Below are positions 28,488 through 37,963 of a stretch of DNA of 64,000 nucleotides, in pieces. The translations under genes and the position numbers were made by a program. The DNA is from Pseudomonadota bacterium (lineage in GTDB: Bacteria; Myxococcota; JACRCW01; JAFGSX01). Location of the stretch: NCBI GenBank assembly GCA_043821645.1, contig JBDRCO010000072.1, positions 64,001-128,000 on the forward strand, written 5' to 3'. Numbering within the stretch: the stretch's first letter is position 1; each line of letters begins with the position of its first letter. The notes under the pieces were generated by a model. That model searched no databases, was not told the DNA's origin, and saw nothing but the letters and a program-made list of their open reading frames with translations.

Positions 28488-29357
28488 ATGAGATCATCCC
28501 TGGCCCTGCTCGCGCTCTATCTCCTGATCTCGCCGCACCCGGTGCGCGCGCAGGCCGAGTCCCGACCCCGCCAGAAGGTCGCGGTGTTCGATCTGCGCAC
28601 CACCGGTCTCGACGACGGAGCCCGCGGATCCCTGATGGCCGTGTTGACCAAGGCCGTGGCGGCGGCCCCCTGGCTCGATGTGGTGAGCCGCGACGAGATC
28701 GCCACCATGCTCGACGCCGAGGCCCAGAAGCAACTGGTGGGCTGTGACGATACCGGCTGCCTGGCTGAGATCGCGGGAGCCCTCGACGTGGACATGCTGG
28801 TGGCAGGGAGCGTGACCCGGCTCGGCGAGTCGCTGGTGGTGACCCTGCAGCTCATCAACCAGCGCTTTGCCAATGTCATGAACCGGGTGGCTGTGACCTG
28901 GAATGGCCCGCACGATCGTCTGCCCGAGGTCCTGGAAGCCGCTGTGCAGTTGCTGATCCTGGAACCCGCAGACCGGGTGCCGGTGCGGGTTCAGGTGATC
29001 GAGGCGCCGGCGGAGACCGAGGTGTTCGTCGACGAGCACGAGAAGGGCCTGGTGGATGCCCAGGGTCAGCTCGAGGTGGTGGACGTGGCCGTGGGTCTGC
29101 ACACGCTGCGCCTGACCGCGCCTGGTCACCAGATGCGCGAGATCCCCTTCGTCGCGCGCGTCGGCAAGAACATCCGCGTCAACGGAGCCCTGGAGCCGCT
29201 GCCCTTCTACGCCACCTGGTGGTTCTGGACCGGCGCGGCGGTGCTCGGTGGTGGCGCCATTCTGGCAGGTGCGGTGGCGACGGTGCTGGTGCTGTCGGAT
29301 AACACCGGATCGGTGCGCATCGAAGCCAACCCCAACACGGCACAGGAGGTCCCATGA
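28488..29357 (+). CDS. Exported CsgG/TolB-N-like plus PEGA domain protein with C-terminal TM
   Basis: Signal peptide, KVAVFDL, GCDDTGCLAEIAGAL, AEVFVD...GLHTLRL-type PEGA, PFYATWWFW. Confidence 0.8.
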   Translation: MRSSLALLALYLLISPHPVRAQAESRPRQKVAVFDLRTTGLDDGARGSLMAVLTKAVAAAPWLDVVSRDEIATMLDAEAQKQLVGCDDTGCLAEIAGALDVDMLVAGSVTRLGESLVVTLQLINQRFANVMNRVAVTWNGPHDRLPEVLEAAVQLLILEPADRVPVRVQVIEAPAETEVFVDEHEKGLVDAQGQLEVVDVAVGLHTLRLTAPGHQMREIPFVARVGKNIRVNGALEPLPFYATWWFWTGAAVLGGGAILAGAVATVLVLSDNTGSVRIEANPNTAQEVP

Positions 29358-30580
29358 TGCGGGGCGCGACCTGGCTGTTCGCACTCCTCGTGGTCGCCGC
29401 CACCAGCTGCGCCGGGGGAGGCCACGAGATCGCCCTGGGGCGACCGCAAACCCTGCGCGGCCTCGAGGGCGTCCCCCTGAGCGCGACCGCCGAGGTGTAC
29501 CGCGAGGCCCAGGGATGCACGGGCAAGACCGTCACCACCGAGACCCTGGACGCGCAAGGTGATCGCTTCGTGGGGACCCTGCACCTGCGCCCCGGCGCAT
29601 ATTTTTTCTGTGTGCGTTTTCGCTCCGGGGACACCGAGCTGGGTCTGTACCAGGACCTGGCTCTCGAGGTGACGCTGGGGGCCGACGACACCCTCAAGCT
29701 CCTCGATACCCATTTCCATTATCGCGACCTGGACGACGATCAGGATGGCATCGCCAACCTGGATGAGGTGCGCTTCAATTTCGATCTCAACACTCCGGAC
29801 ACGGACAGCAGCACCCGGGTCGACCTGCCGGCGCAGCCAAGCTTCGAGCTCGGTGCCTCGGACAGTGCCGCAACCGTCGTCGAGATCCCGGCTCACAACA
29901 TCGCGATACCCGCCTTCGCCATCGACAGGCTCGAGGTGAGCGTCGAGCGCTACCGCCTGTGTGTGGTGCGCAACCAGGATCCGTGCGCGCCGCCGCGCGG
30001 CATGGATCTGTTCGAGTTCATGAACCTCAACGCGACCGCCCGCCAGCTCCCGGCCACCGGCGTCGCGCTGGAGGATGCCAGACGTTTCTGCCAGGACGTG
30101 GCAGGGGGCGACCTGCCCCTGGAGCAGCAGTGGGAATATGCGGCACGGCCCGATGGCACGGTCTACCCGTGGGGCGACCAGCCCCCCGACGCTGGGCAGG
30201 CGCGCTGCGACTGGATCAACGCCCGCTGGCCGGCGGGTCCGTCCTCGTACCCGTGCTTCGGGGACAGTACGCCGGAACTGGTACCGGTCGCCCACTTTGA
30301 CCTGACCGGAGATCTTCGCGGCTGCAGCCGACGCCCGGGCTCTTCGGCGCCGGACGGCCCCTGCCAGATGGCCGGCAACGCCTGGGAGTGGACGCGCAGT
30401 GACTTCGTGCCCTACGATGGTCCGGCCTGGCCTTCGCCGGGTGCGCTGACCGTCGTCCGCGGTGGCAGTGCGGACTCCCTCGACCACTCTCTCCGCTCGA
30501 CCTTCCGCGTGGGGGTGGCCCCGGACCTGAGTGGCAGCGAGGCCTTGGCACCCCTGATCGGGTTCCGCTGCGTGTACTGA
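29354..30580 (+). CDS. FGE-sulfatase (SUMF1-like) domain lipoprotein
   Basis: Lipobox ATSC. FAIDRLEV, LPLEQQWEYAAR, YPWG, MAGNAWEW, RGGS and GFRCV motifs. DLDDDQDG is a Ca-binding-like motif. Confidence 0.85.
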   Translation: MMRGATWLFALLVVAATSCAGGGHEIALGRPQTLRGLEGVPLSATAEVYREAQGCTGKTVTTETLDAQGDRFVGTLHLRPGAYFFCVRFRSGDTELGLYQDLALEVTLGADDTLKLLDTHFHYRDLDDDQDGIANLDEVRFNFDLNTPDTDSSTRVDLPAQPSFELGASDSAATVVEIPAHNIAIPAFAIDRLEVSVERYRLCVVRNQDPCAPPRGMDLFEFMNLNATARQLPATGVALEDARRFCQDVAGGDLPLEQQWEYAARPDGTVYPWGDQPPDAGQARCDWINARWPAGPSSYPCFGDSTPELVPVAHFDLTGDLRGCSRRPGSSAPDGPCQMAGNAWEWTRSDFVPYDGPAWPSPGALTVVRGGSADSLDHSLRSTFRVGVAPDLSGSEALAPLIGFRCVY

Positions 30581-30592
30581 CGACACAACACG

Positions 30593-32473
30593 ATGCGCAT
30601 CCAGACACGCCTGCTCCTGATCCTGCTCGTCGTGGCGCTCGTGCCCGTGACCGTGAGCGGTGTGACGGCCGTGATGCTGAGCCGGCGCGTGCTCACGCGG
30701 CAGATCCAGCAGGTGCAGGTCACCGAGGCGAGGACCCTGGCCGAGAACGTCGACAGCTACATCGGAGAGGCACTGCGCGAGTTGCGCCTGGTCGCCGACA
30801 TCACACCCTTCGCCACCCTGTCCGGCGAAGAACAGCGAGGTGCCCTGGGCCTGGTCTACCGCCTGCACGATGGATTCAACGTGGCCGGGCTGGTGGACAG
30901 TGCCGGCGAGGGCGTGGGACCCCCCGTCTTCACCACGGACAAGGCCAGCGACCCCAGCACCGCGCGCCACCACCCGGTCAACGAGGCCGAGCTGGTCCGT
31001 TTTGCCTCCAACATTCCGCTGCAAGCGGCGCTCACCGCCGGCGCCGCGGTGGGCCCGGTCTACGTGTCGACCGAGAAGGGCTTGCCCCTGCTGGTGCTTG
31101 CCGTGCTGGTTCCGGGGCGGGTTCAGGATCGCGAGATCGTTCTCGCGGTGGAGCTGGCCCTGGATCCCGTGCTCAAGCGCGTGCAGGAGACGGCGTCGCA
31201 GGTCGGTGCCACGGCCTACATCGTGGACAGCCGCGGCCGCGTGGTGGCTCACAGCCTGCCCGAGGTTGCCCTCGCGCGCAGCGACTTCAGCGAGCGAAAG
31301 CCGGTCCAGGCCATCACGGGCAGCGCGCTCGATAGCCACGGCATGGTCCGCTACCGGGCCGGCGACACCCGGCTCGCCTCGGCCTTTGCCAGGCTCGGAC
31401 GCTTGCCCTGGGGTGCCGTGGTCGAGCGGCCCGAACAGGAGGCCTTCGCCCCTGCCAACCAGATCGCCAAGCAAACCATCTTCTGGATCGCCGTCGCCCT
31501 CATCTGCGCCATCGCCGCAGGCCTGGTACTGTCGCGGAGCATTGGCGACCCCCTGCATGCACTGACGCGGGTCGCCGAGTCCCTGGGGCAAGGCGACCTC
31601 GACGTGAGGGCCCGCGTCTCCGGCCGCGACGAGCTGTCGCAGTTGGCCTCCTCCTTCAACCAGATGGCCGACGCCATTGCCCGGCGTGACGAGGAGCTGC
31701 ACGCCTTTGCCGACGACCTGCAAAAGCGTGTGGAGGAGCGAACCCGCGAACTCAAGCTGGCTCAGGACCAGCTGCTGCAATCCGAGAAGCTGGCTGCGGT
31801 GGGCGAGCTGGGCGCGGGCGTGGCACACGAGATCAACAACCCGCTGGCCGGTGTCCTGGGCTCTGCCCAGCTGTTGCTGCTGCGCACGGAGCCCGACCAT
31901 CCGTCCCGCGAGCACCTGGGCAACATCGAATCCGAAGCTTTGCGGATCCGCGAGATCGTGCAGAACTTGCTACAACTGGCCCAGAGCAAGGAGAAGGCGG
32001 CGGGGACCTTGATCGACGTCAACCGGGTGGTCGAGGCCGCCCTGAGCCTAGTGGCCAGACCCATCATCGCCCAGCGCATCCGCGTGCACAAAGACCTGAC
32101 CTCGGGATTGCCCAAGATCCGGGCCTCGGCCTCGGATCTGCAGCAGCTCTTCATGCACCTGCTGTCCAATGCCAAGAACGCCATGCCCGACGGCGGCGAG
32201 CTGCGTATCGCCTCGAGTGCCATCGAGAACAGGCTGGTCAAGGTCACCATCGCAGACACCGGCATCGGCATTCGCCAGGAGGACCTGGACAAGATCTTCG
32301 AGCCCTTCTTCACACGCAAGGAGGACTGGGACGGCAAGGGTCTTGGCCTGTCCGTCGTCCACCGCACCGTCGAGCAGACAGGTGGCCGCGTGACCGTCGA
32401 GAGCGAGCGCGGTCATGGAGCCTGCTTCACGCTGGTCTTCCCCATGGCCCGCGACGGCCTGCACCTGGCCTGA
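30593..32473 (+). CDS. Membrane sensor histidine kinase (Cache-HAMP-HisKA-HATPase)
   Basis: Two TMs, HAMP (DELSQLASSFNQM), H-box AHEINNPL, DTGIG and GKGLGL. Confidence 0.93.
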   Translation: MRIQTRLLLILLVVALVPVTVSGVTAVMLSRRVLTRQIQQVQVTEARTLAENVDSYIGEALRELRLVADITPFATLSGEEQRGALGLVYRLHDGFNVAGLVDSAGEGVGPPVFTTDKASDPSTARHHPVNEAELVRFASNIPLQAALTAGAAVGPVYVSTEKGLPLLVLAVLVPGRVQDREIVLAVELALDPVLKRVQETASQVGATAYIVDSRGRVVAHSLPEVALARSDFSERKPVQAITGSALDSHGMVRYRAGDTRLASAFARLGRLPWGAVVERPEQEAFAPANQIAKQTIFWIAVALICAIAAGLVLSRSIGDPLHALTRVAESLGQGDLDVRARVSGRDELSQLASSFNQMADAIARRDEELHAFADDLQKRVEERTRELKLAQDQLLQSEKLAAVGELGAGVAHEINNPLAGVLGSAQLLLLRTEPDHPSREHLGNIESEALRIREIVQNLLQLAQSKEKAAGTLIDVNRVVEAALSLVARPIIAQRIRVHKDLTSGLPKIRASASDLQQLFMHLLSNAKNAMPDGGELRIASSAIENRLVKVTIADTGIGIRQEDLDKIFEPFFTRKEDWDGKGLGLSVVHRTVEQTGGRVTVESERGHGACFTLVFPMARDGLHLA

Positions 32474-32518
32474 GGGGCCGCGGGCTGGTAGTCTCTGGGT
32501 GAGGGAGAGAATGCATCC

Positions 32519-33265
32519 GTGAACCGGCCGACCATGCTCATCGTCGACGACGAGGCCACCCTGCGGACCGTGCTGGGTGCCATGTACACCGACGCTGGCT
32601 TCGAGGTCCGCACCTGCGGCAGCGCGGAAGAAGCCCTGGTGGACCTGGCCGCGAAGCCCTGCGACGTGCTGGTGGTGGACAAGAACCTTCCCGCGATGAA
32701 CGGCATTGATCTGGCGCGCCAGGTGCTCGGCCTGGGCGCGGCCCAGCATGCGGTGATGATCACAGGCTACCCCTCGACGACCTCGCTCATCGAGGCCATC
32801 AATGTTGGCATCCGCGGCTACCTCATGAAGCCCTTTCGAACCCTCGACGACGCGATCAAAGAAGCGCACTTCGTGGTGGACAATCCGCCCCGGCGAACGC
32901 GCCTGGGGCCGGTGGCCCTGCGCGCACACCTCGATGCAAGCAGCCCTCTGGATCCAGCGCCGAGCGCGGTGGTGGTGGTCAGCGACGTCAAAGTGCGCGA
33001 CCAGTTCACGCGGCACCTGGGTGGGCCCATCCGCACCTTCGGGTCGGTGGAGTTCGGGTTGGCCGCACTCTACGATCGACCGCCCGACGTCGTCGCGGCG
33101 GACAGCGTCGTCGATCTGCTGCGAATGATCGAACGTGCTCCCGCGGCCTGTGGGTGTTACGTGGGCGCGTCGCCTGGCTTCGAGGACGCCCTGCGCTTGA
33201 TGCGTGCTGGTCCCATGCTCGTGGCCGAGCCCGAGCAGCTCCGCGAGGGGAAACGGGGCACATGA
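32519..33265 (+). CDS. Response regulator (receiver plus degenerate second receiver)
   Basis: LIVDDE, VVDKNLP, MITG and KPF. The C-terminal half PDVVAAD is receiver-like. Confidence 0.85.
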   Translation: MNRPTMLIVDDEATLRTVLGAMYTDAGFEVRTCGSAEEALVDLAAKPCDVLVVDKNLPAMNGIDLARQVLGLGAAQHAVMITGYPSTTSLIEAINVGIRGYLMKPFRTLDDAIKEAHFVVDNPPRRTRLGPVALRAHLDASSPLDPAPSAVVVVSDVKVRDQFTRHLGGPIRTFGSVEFGLAALYDRPPDVVAADSVVDLLRMIERAPAACGCYVGASPGFEDALRLMRAGPMLVAEPEQLREGKRGT

Positions 33266-34248
33266 AGCGAAGCGTGCAGCTGGTGATCGTGCTGGTGCTC
33301 ATCCTGGGCGGTGCGGCACTGCTGTACAGGCAGCTCTTTCCAGATGGCGGGGGCTCCCAGGTCTCGGCCACAGACGCGGCAACCCGGGTCCTTCCGAAGC
33401 TGGATGCAGCACAGGGCCCCGACGAGGACGCGGGTCGCGAGGATGGAGCCACGGCCACCGCGACGCGTGCCGAGATCATGGACCTCCGGGGGGTCGCGCA
33501 GCGCCGTCTGCCCGGGGGGCGCTGGGCAGACATCACCCAGGGCGACGCCCTCTCGCTCGATGACACCATTCGAACCCTCGGCGGTGGCAGCGCCCTGGTG
33601 CAACTGGGCAACGCGGTCCAGGTTCGGCTGACGCCACACACCGAGGTCACCATCCGCGAGCTGACAGAGCGCACCTCGCGCGTCCGCATCGAAGAAGGCC
33701 GCATCGTGGCAGAGGTCAACCCGCAGGGGCGCACCGTGCTGCGTGTCGAGGCCAAGGGTTCCCGGGCCGTGGCTGAGGCCTCCGCGGGCAGCTTCTCGAT
33801 GATCAGCGACGGCCGTGGCCAGGTGGCGGTCGCCACCAGTGCCGGATCGGTCAAGCTGGTTGCGGCCGGCGAGAGCGTGGACATCAGCGCCGGACAGGTG
33901 GCCCGGGTCAGTGGCGATGCAGCCCCCACGGCTCCGGCGGCCATTCCGACCTCGCTGTACCTCAAGGTCGCGGCCCCCTTGCGTGCGATCCAGCGCGAGA
34001 AAGAGACCGTGGTCCAGGGCACCGCAACACCCGGGGCACTGGTGCGCGCGGGCGAGCAGGTGGCCATGGCCGACGAGCGGGGGGCCTTCCGACTGCGCGT
34101 ACCCCTGCGCGAGGGCAAGAACGACGTGCAGATCCGCGTCACCGATGTCGAGGGCCGGGAGCGCACTCAAAAGATGCCGGCGATCACCGTCGATACCCGC
34201 GAGCCCACGATCCAGAACCCCCAGGTGCAGTGGGGCGAGGACCCCTGA
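33262..34248 (+). CDS. Membrane-anchored FecR-like domain protein with C-terminal Ig-like domain
   Basis: N-terminal TM, GDALSLDDTIRT, RIEEG, AGSVKL, C-terminal LREGKNDVQIRVTD. Confidence 0.78.
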   Translation: MKRSVQLVIVLVLILGGAALLYRQLFPDGGGSQVSATDAATRVLPKLDAAQGPDEDAGREDGATATATRAEIMDLRGVAQRRLPGGRWADITQGDALSLDDTIRTLGGGSALVQLGNAVQVRLTPHTEVTIRELTERTSRVRIEEGRIVAEVNPQGRTVLRVEAKGSRAVAEASAGSFSMISDGRGQVAVATSAGSVKLVAAGESVDISAGQVARVSGDAAPTAPAAIPTSLYLKVAAPLRAIQREKETVVQGTATPGALVRAGEQVAMADERGAFRLRVPLREGKNDVQIRVTDVEGRERTQKMPAITVDTREPTIQNPQVQWGEDP

Positions 34249-34368
34249 GCTCGGCCTCGCCCCGCCACCCAAACCCATGGTCCTTGCACGGCCACAAAGT
34301 GGCATGGTGGTGCCATCGCCGCTATGCTGAAACGCGATGCGTCCGGAGTTCGCAGCGAGGAGAGTCCT

Positions 34369-36321
34369 GTGATCGGCAGCGTGTGCGCGCTGACCTGGAT
34401 GGTGCTGTCCCAGCCCATGGCTGTGGATGGCATCCTGCCAGCCGGGGATATCCAGATCTCAGTCTCGCCGGACCATCTGGACCTCGGCGCCGAGCAGCCC
34501 GCCACGCTGACCCTGCATGTGTTCAACGCCGACGGCACACCCCAGGATCAGACGCCACCTGTCCTGCTCGCGTCGATGGGAACTGTTGACGGGCTCCGAC
34601 GCGTGGCTCCCGGTGTGTTCGTGGCGTCCTACCTTCCTCCTCGATCTGGCTCCCCGCGGGTCGCGATCATCCTGGCTCGGACCCGGACGCGCAGCGGCCT
34701 CATTGCCGGTTGGGCCCGAATTCCGTTGTGGGGCAAGGGCAAGGTCAGCCTCGTCACCAAGCCGCAGTCCCAGGTCTGGCTCCGTATCGGCGAGACGGCG
34801 TTCGGACCGTCCGAGTCCGATCAGAAGGGCCGCGCCAACATCGCCATCCGGGTGCCGCCTGGGCCCCGCCAGGGCATTGCCGAGACCCTGGATCTCGCGG
34901 GCAACACGAGCAAGAAGACCATCGATCTGGGGGTCCGGTCCTTCAACCGGATGGCTGCCTTCGTCCTCGACGAGAGCATGGTGGCCGATGGCAGCGAGCA
35001 GTCCGGCCTGATCGCCTTCGTCGTCGACGACAGGGGAGATCCTCTCATCGAGGCGGACATCCAGGTCCAGGTCCGGCGCGGCCAGGTGGGTACCGTGCTG
35101 CCCCTGGCGCCAGGCGTTTATCGCATCGCCTACAGCTCCCCGAGGGAGATCGGCGATGGCAAGGACAGCGTCGAGCTGAGCCTCGCCCTGGACCAGACCT
35201 CGCGCCGGAACCTGCAGATCGCGCTGACCCCGGGCCTTCCCCAGCGCATTGAGCTGTCAGTGTATCCCCTGGAGTACCGGGCGGGGTCCGCGGTGCGCCC
35301 GGTCATCACCCTGCGGGCTTTCGACGCGTCGGGAAACGTGGCGCCCGCGTCCCTGGTGGACCTCACCACCCAGGGTGGCGTGCTGGGCAATGCGCAGCCG
35401 GCGGCCCAGGGCGCCGTGCGCATCCCGATCGAACTCAGCGACCGATTCGGCGGGCGCGAGGTTCTGGTGGTGCGCGCCGAGGCCGTGCGCGGCCAGGCCC
35501 AGGCGGAGCTTCGTGTGCCCTTGCTGCCCGACCGCTGCGCCAGGATCACCCTCCGCGGTCCCGAGCAACTCATCGGCGACGAGCGGCGCGCGCAGTTCAC
35601 CCTGCGCTGCACGGACCGCTTTGATAATCCCGCGCCCGCGGACGGCATCCAGGTCACGAGTGCTCTGCTCCTCGTCGAGAACGTGCAGCGGGCTGACGAC
35701 GAGGTTCGCGTGACCGTGCGCACCCCCTTTCTGACCGCGCCCGACGACGCCACGCTGCTGGCCCAGGACGGCGAGGCAAGGACCAGCTCCCGCGTCCACC
35801 TGCTCCCGGGGATTGGTGTGCAGGCCGTGCTGGGGCCTCGCCTGGTGCTCGGCTGGGCCTACGGCGAGCGCTGGCTCACCGGCGCGGCCCTGGACTGGTC
35901 GCTGGGGCTCCCGATTGGCCGCGACATGCTGCTTGTGGGCATGAGCCTGGGCGCGCTGCAGTCCCCCTCCGAGCGGCCACAACCAGGCCTCACGACGGGC
36001 GTACGCCGGCTGCTCACGTCCCCCCTGGTGTTCGCCGCGCAGTACGAAAAGCAGGTCCATCCGCGCATCGCGCTCCATGGTGGGTTGAGCGCAGGCCCGC
36101 TGTTCGTGGCACCGACGCTCGAACGCAACGGCGCACGCGTCGATGCTGCACTGCGAACCGCACTCCTCGCGGAGGCCATCCTGGGCGCGGGACTGCGCCT
36201 CGGTGATGGCATGTTCACCCTGGACCTGCGGGGAGGCTATGCCCTACCCCTTGGCGACGAGTCCGGGCTCGGCATGCTGTCAGGGCTCTCCATGTCGATG
36301 GGCTACCGCTACTACTTCTGA
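34369..36321 (+). CDS. Exported multi-Ig-like (invasin-like) protein with C-terminal beta-barrel
   Basis: AGGAG RBS. Repeated G.Y.A.Y..P and D..GN Ig-like motifs. Amphipathic C-terminus ending GYRYYF. Confidence 0.7.
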   Translation: MIGSVCALTWMVLSQPMAVDGILPAGDIQISVSPDHLDLGAEQPATLTLHVFNADGTPQDQTPPVLLASMGTVDGLRRVAPGVFVASYLPPRSGSPRVAIILARTRTRSGLIAGWARIPLWGKGKVSLVTKPQSQVWLRIGETAFGPSESDQKGRANIAIRVPPGPRQGIAETLDLAGNTSKKTIDLGVRSFNRMAAFVLDESMVADGSEQSGLIAFVVDDRGDPLIEADIQVQVRRGQVGTVLPLAPGVYRIAYSSPREIGDGKDSVELSLALDQTSRRNLQIALTPGLPQRIELSVYPLEYRAGSAVRPVITLRAFDASGNVAPASLVDLTTQGGVLGNAQPAAQGAVRIPIELSDRFGGREVLVVRAEAVRGQAQAELRVPLLPDRCARITLRGPEQLIGDERRAQFTLRCTDRFDNPAPADGIQVTSALLLVENVQRADDEVRVTVRTPFLTAPDDATLLAQDGEARTSSRVHLLPGIGVQAVLGPRLVLGWAYGERWLTGAALDWSLGLPIGRDMLLVGMSLGALQSPSERPQPGLTTGVRRLLTSPLVFAAQYEKQVHPRIALHGGLSAGPLFVAPTLERNGARVDAALRTALLAEAILGAGLRLGDGMFTLDLRGGYALPLGDESGLGMLSGLSMSMGYRYYF

Positions 36322-36343
36322 GCGATGCAGCATCGCTGCGGGC

Positions 36344-37867
36344 TCAGCGTGCTGTGAGATCGACGCTGCGCTGGACGCGTTCTCCAGCCCGGACCTCGAC
36401 CTGGATCGTGCGCGTCAGGTCGAAGACCGGGTTGTGCAGGGTGATGCGGTGGGTTCCGACCGGCAACGAGAGGTCGCGCAGCGGTGTATGGCGCTTGATG
36501 GACACCCCGTCGATGGCCACCTGCGCCCAGGGCTCGGCGTGGAGATCCAGCCAGCCGTAGCCGGATGCCGCGTCCGCCGCCATCGAGGGCTGCGCCACCC
36601 GGATCGGTCTGCGGTGCGTGGGGCGGACAACGCCCGCATCCCGCCGCGACATCTCGTGCCCATCCTGTGCCGTCCGCTGCACTGCCGCATCCTCCGTCGT
36701 GGGCGCGAGAATTCCGGCCTCGCGGCCAACGACCTGCATCACCAGGGCTGGCGCAGCATCCCGGGGCGTCTGCAGCACTGCAGCGTCGAGCACCTGCCCC
36801 TCCCCGGGTCGCTGCCAGTCCCGTAGGGCGATCCCTGTGGCCAGCACGACCAGCCCCACCACCAGCGCTGGCACCCACCAGCGCCTGGAGTTGCCCGTGT
36901 CGGGCCTCCCCACGACCAGGGTCCGGCGTCGCGGTGCCGGACGCACCCTGTCCTCGAGCGGCTGGCGCTGACCCAGCACCTCGCTCATCAGCTCCTGCAC
37001 CGGCACCGGCCCCAGCGACAGGCCCTCCTCGCGGGCGAGACGGCGCACCTGAGCGGCCACCTGCTCCGCGCCAGAAGGCCTCTCGCCGGCATCTCGCTGC
37101 AACAGCTGCAGGACCAGGGCATCGAGACCCGGCATCACCCCGTCGCGCAGCGACCCGGGCGCTGGAATCTCGGCATCGCGAACAGCCTGGACCGTGTCCA
37201 GGTCGGTGTCGCGGTCAAACAGGGGCCGACCGGCCAGCATCTCCCACAGCACGATGCCAGCGGAGAACAGGTCACTCGCAGGAGTCAGGGCCTCGCCGCG
37301 GGTCTGCTCGGGCGACATGTACGCGAACTTGCCCTTGAGGTCGCCGACCCGCGTCTTGTGCGTCTTGACCACCACCTGCACCACGCCGAAGTCCGTGAGC
37401 TTGACCGCACCATCGGTCCCGCACAGCAGGTTGCCCGGGCTCACGTCGCGATGGATCAAGCACAACGTGCAGCCCTCCTCGTCCTCCATGGCATGCAGGT
37501 AGGCCATGGCGTCGAACAGGGCACAGGCCACGGTCAGGGCGAAGGCGAGCGGCAGGGGCTGACTGCGGCGGTCCTGAAGCAGGGTGGCGAGGTCCGTGCC
37601 ATCCACCAGCTCCATGGCCAGGAAGGGTCCCTCCTCGTCGCTGCCGTGTTCGAGCAAGCGCACGACATTGGGATGGCGCAACCGCGCCCACACCCGGCAC
37701 TCGTCCTGGAACATCTCGACGTAGTCCGGGTCCGCGTCGAAGGGCCGCTTGATGCGCTTGAGCGCAACCAGGGTGTCCCGGTCCAGGTCCCGGGCCAGGC
37801 AGATCTCTGCCATGCCGCCGTCGGCGAGCAGACCCAGGGATTGGTATCGAGACGTGCGTGGTTCCAT
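36344..37867 (-). CDS. Hanks-type Ser/Thr kinase with TM and C-terminal PEGA domain
   Basis: Start re-called at ATG 37867. GGMAE, VALKRI, HRDVSPGN, DFG and YMSPEQ motifs, then a TM and PWAQVAIDG...TPL. Confidence 0.93.
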   Translation of the reverse strand: MEPRTSRYQSLGLLADGGMAEICLARDLDRDTLVALKRIKRPFDADPDYVEMFQDECRVWARLRHPNVVRLLEHGSDEEGPFLAMELVDGTDLATLLQDRRSQPLPLAFALTVACALFDAMAYLHAMEDEEGCTLCLIHRDVSPGNLLCGTDGAVKLTDFGVVQVVVKTHKTRVGDLKGKFAYMSPEQTRGEALTPASDLFSAGIVLWEMLAGRPLFDRDTDLDTVQAVRDAEIPAPGSLRDGVMPGLDALVLQLLQRDAGERPSGAEQVAAQVRRLAREEGLSLGPVPVQELMSEVLGQRQPLEDRVRPAPRRRTLVVGRPDTGNSRRWWVPALVVGLVVLATGIALRDWQRPGEGQVLDAAVLQTPRDAAPALVMQVVGREAGILAPTTEDAAVQRTAQDGHEMSRRDAGVVRPTHRRPIRVAQPSMAADAASGYGWLDLHAEPWAQVAIDGVSIKRHTPLRDLSLPVGTHRITLHNPVFDLTRTIQVEVRAGERVQRSVDLTAR

Positions 37868-37963
37868 TGCGACCCGGTCCAGGTTGCCTGTATCGTAGCC
37901 TGCCTGTTCAGGTGCGCAAAACTGCAGGTGGCGTGTCGTCCACGGAACCGGGAAGCATCGCTC

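Noticed and set aside
29354-30580. Active formylglycine-generating enzyme
   Set aside because: The catalytic Cys pair after RGGS is absent (RGGSADS) and no sulfatase is adjacent.
34300-34315. TGGCATGGTGGTGCCA as a sigma54 promoter
   Set aside because: GG-to-GC spacing is 9 nt rather than 10. It remains only an unassigned TGGCA/TGCCA palindrome.
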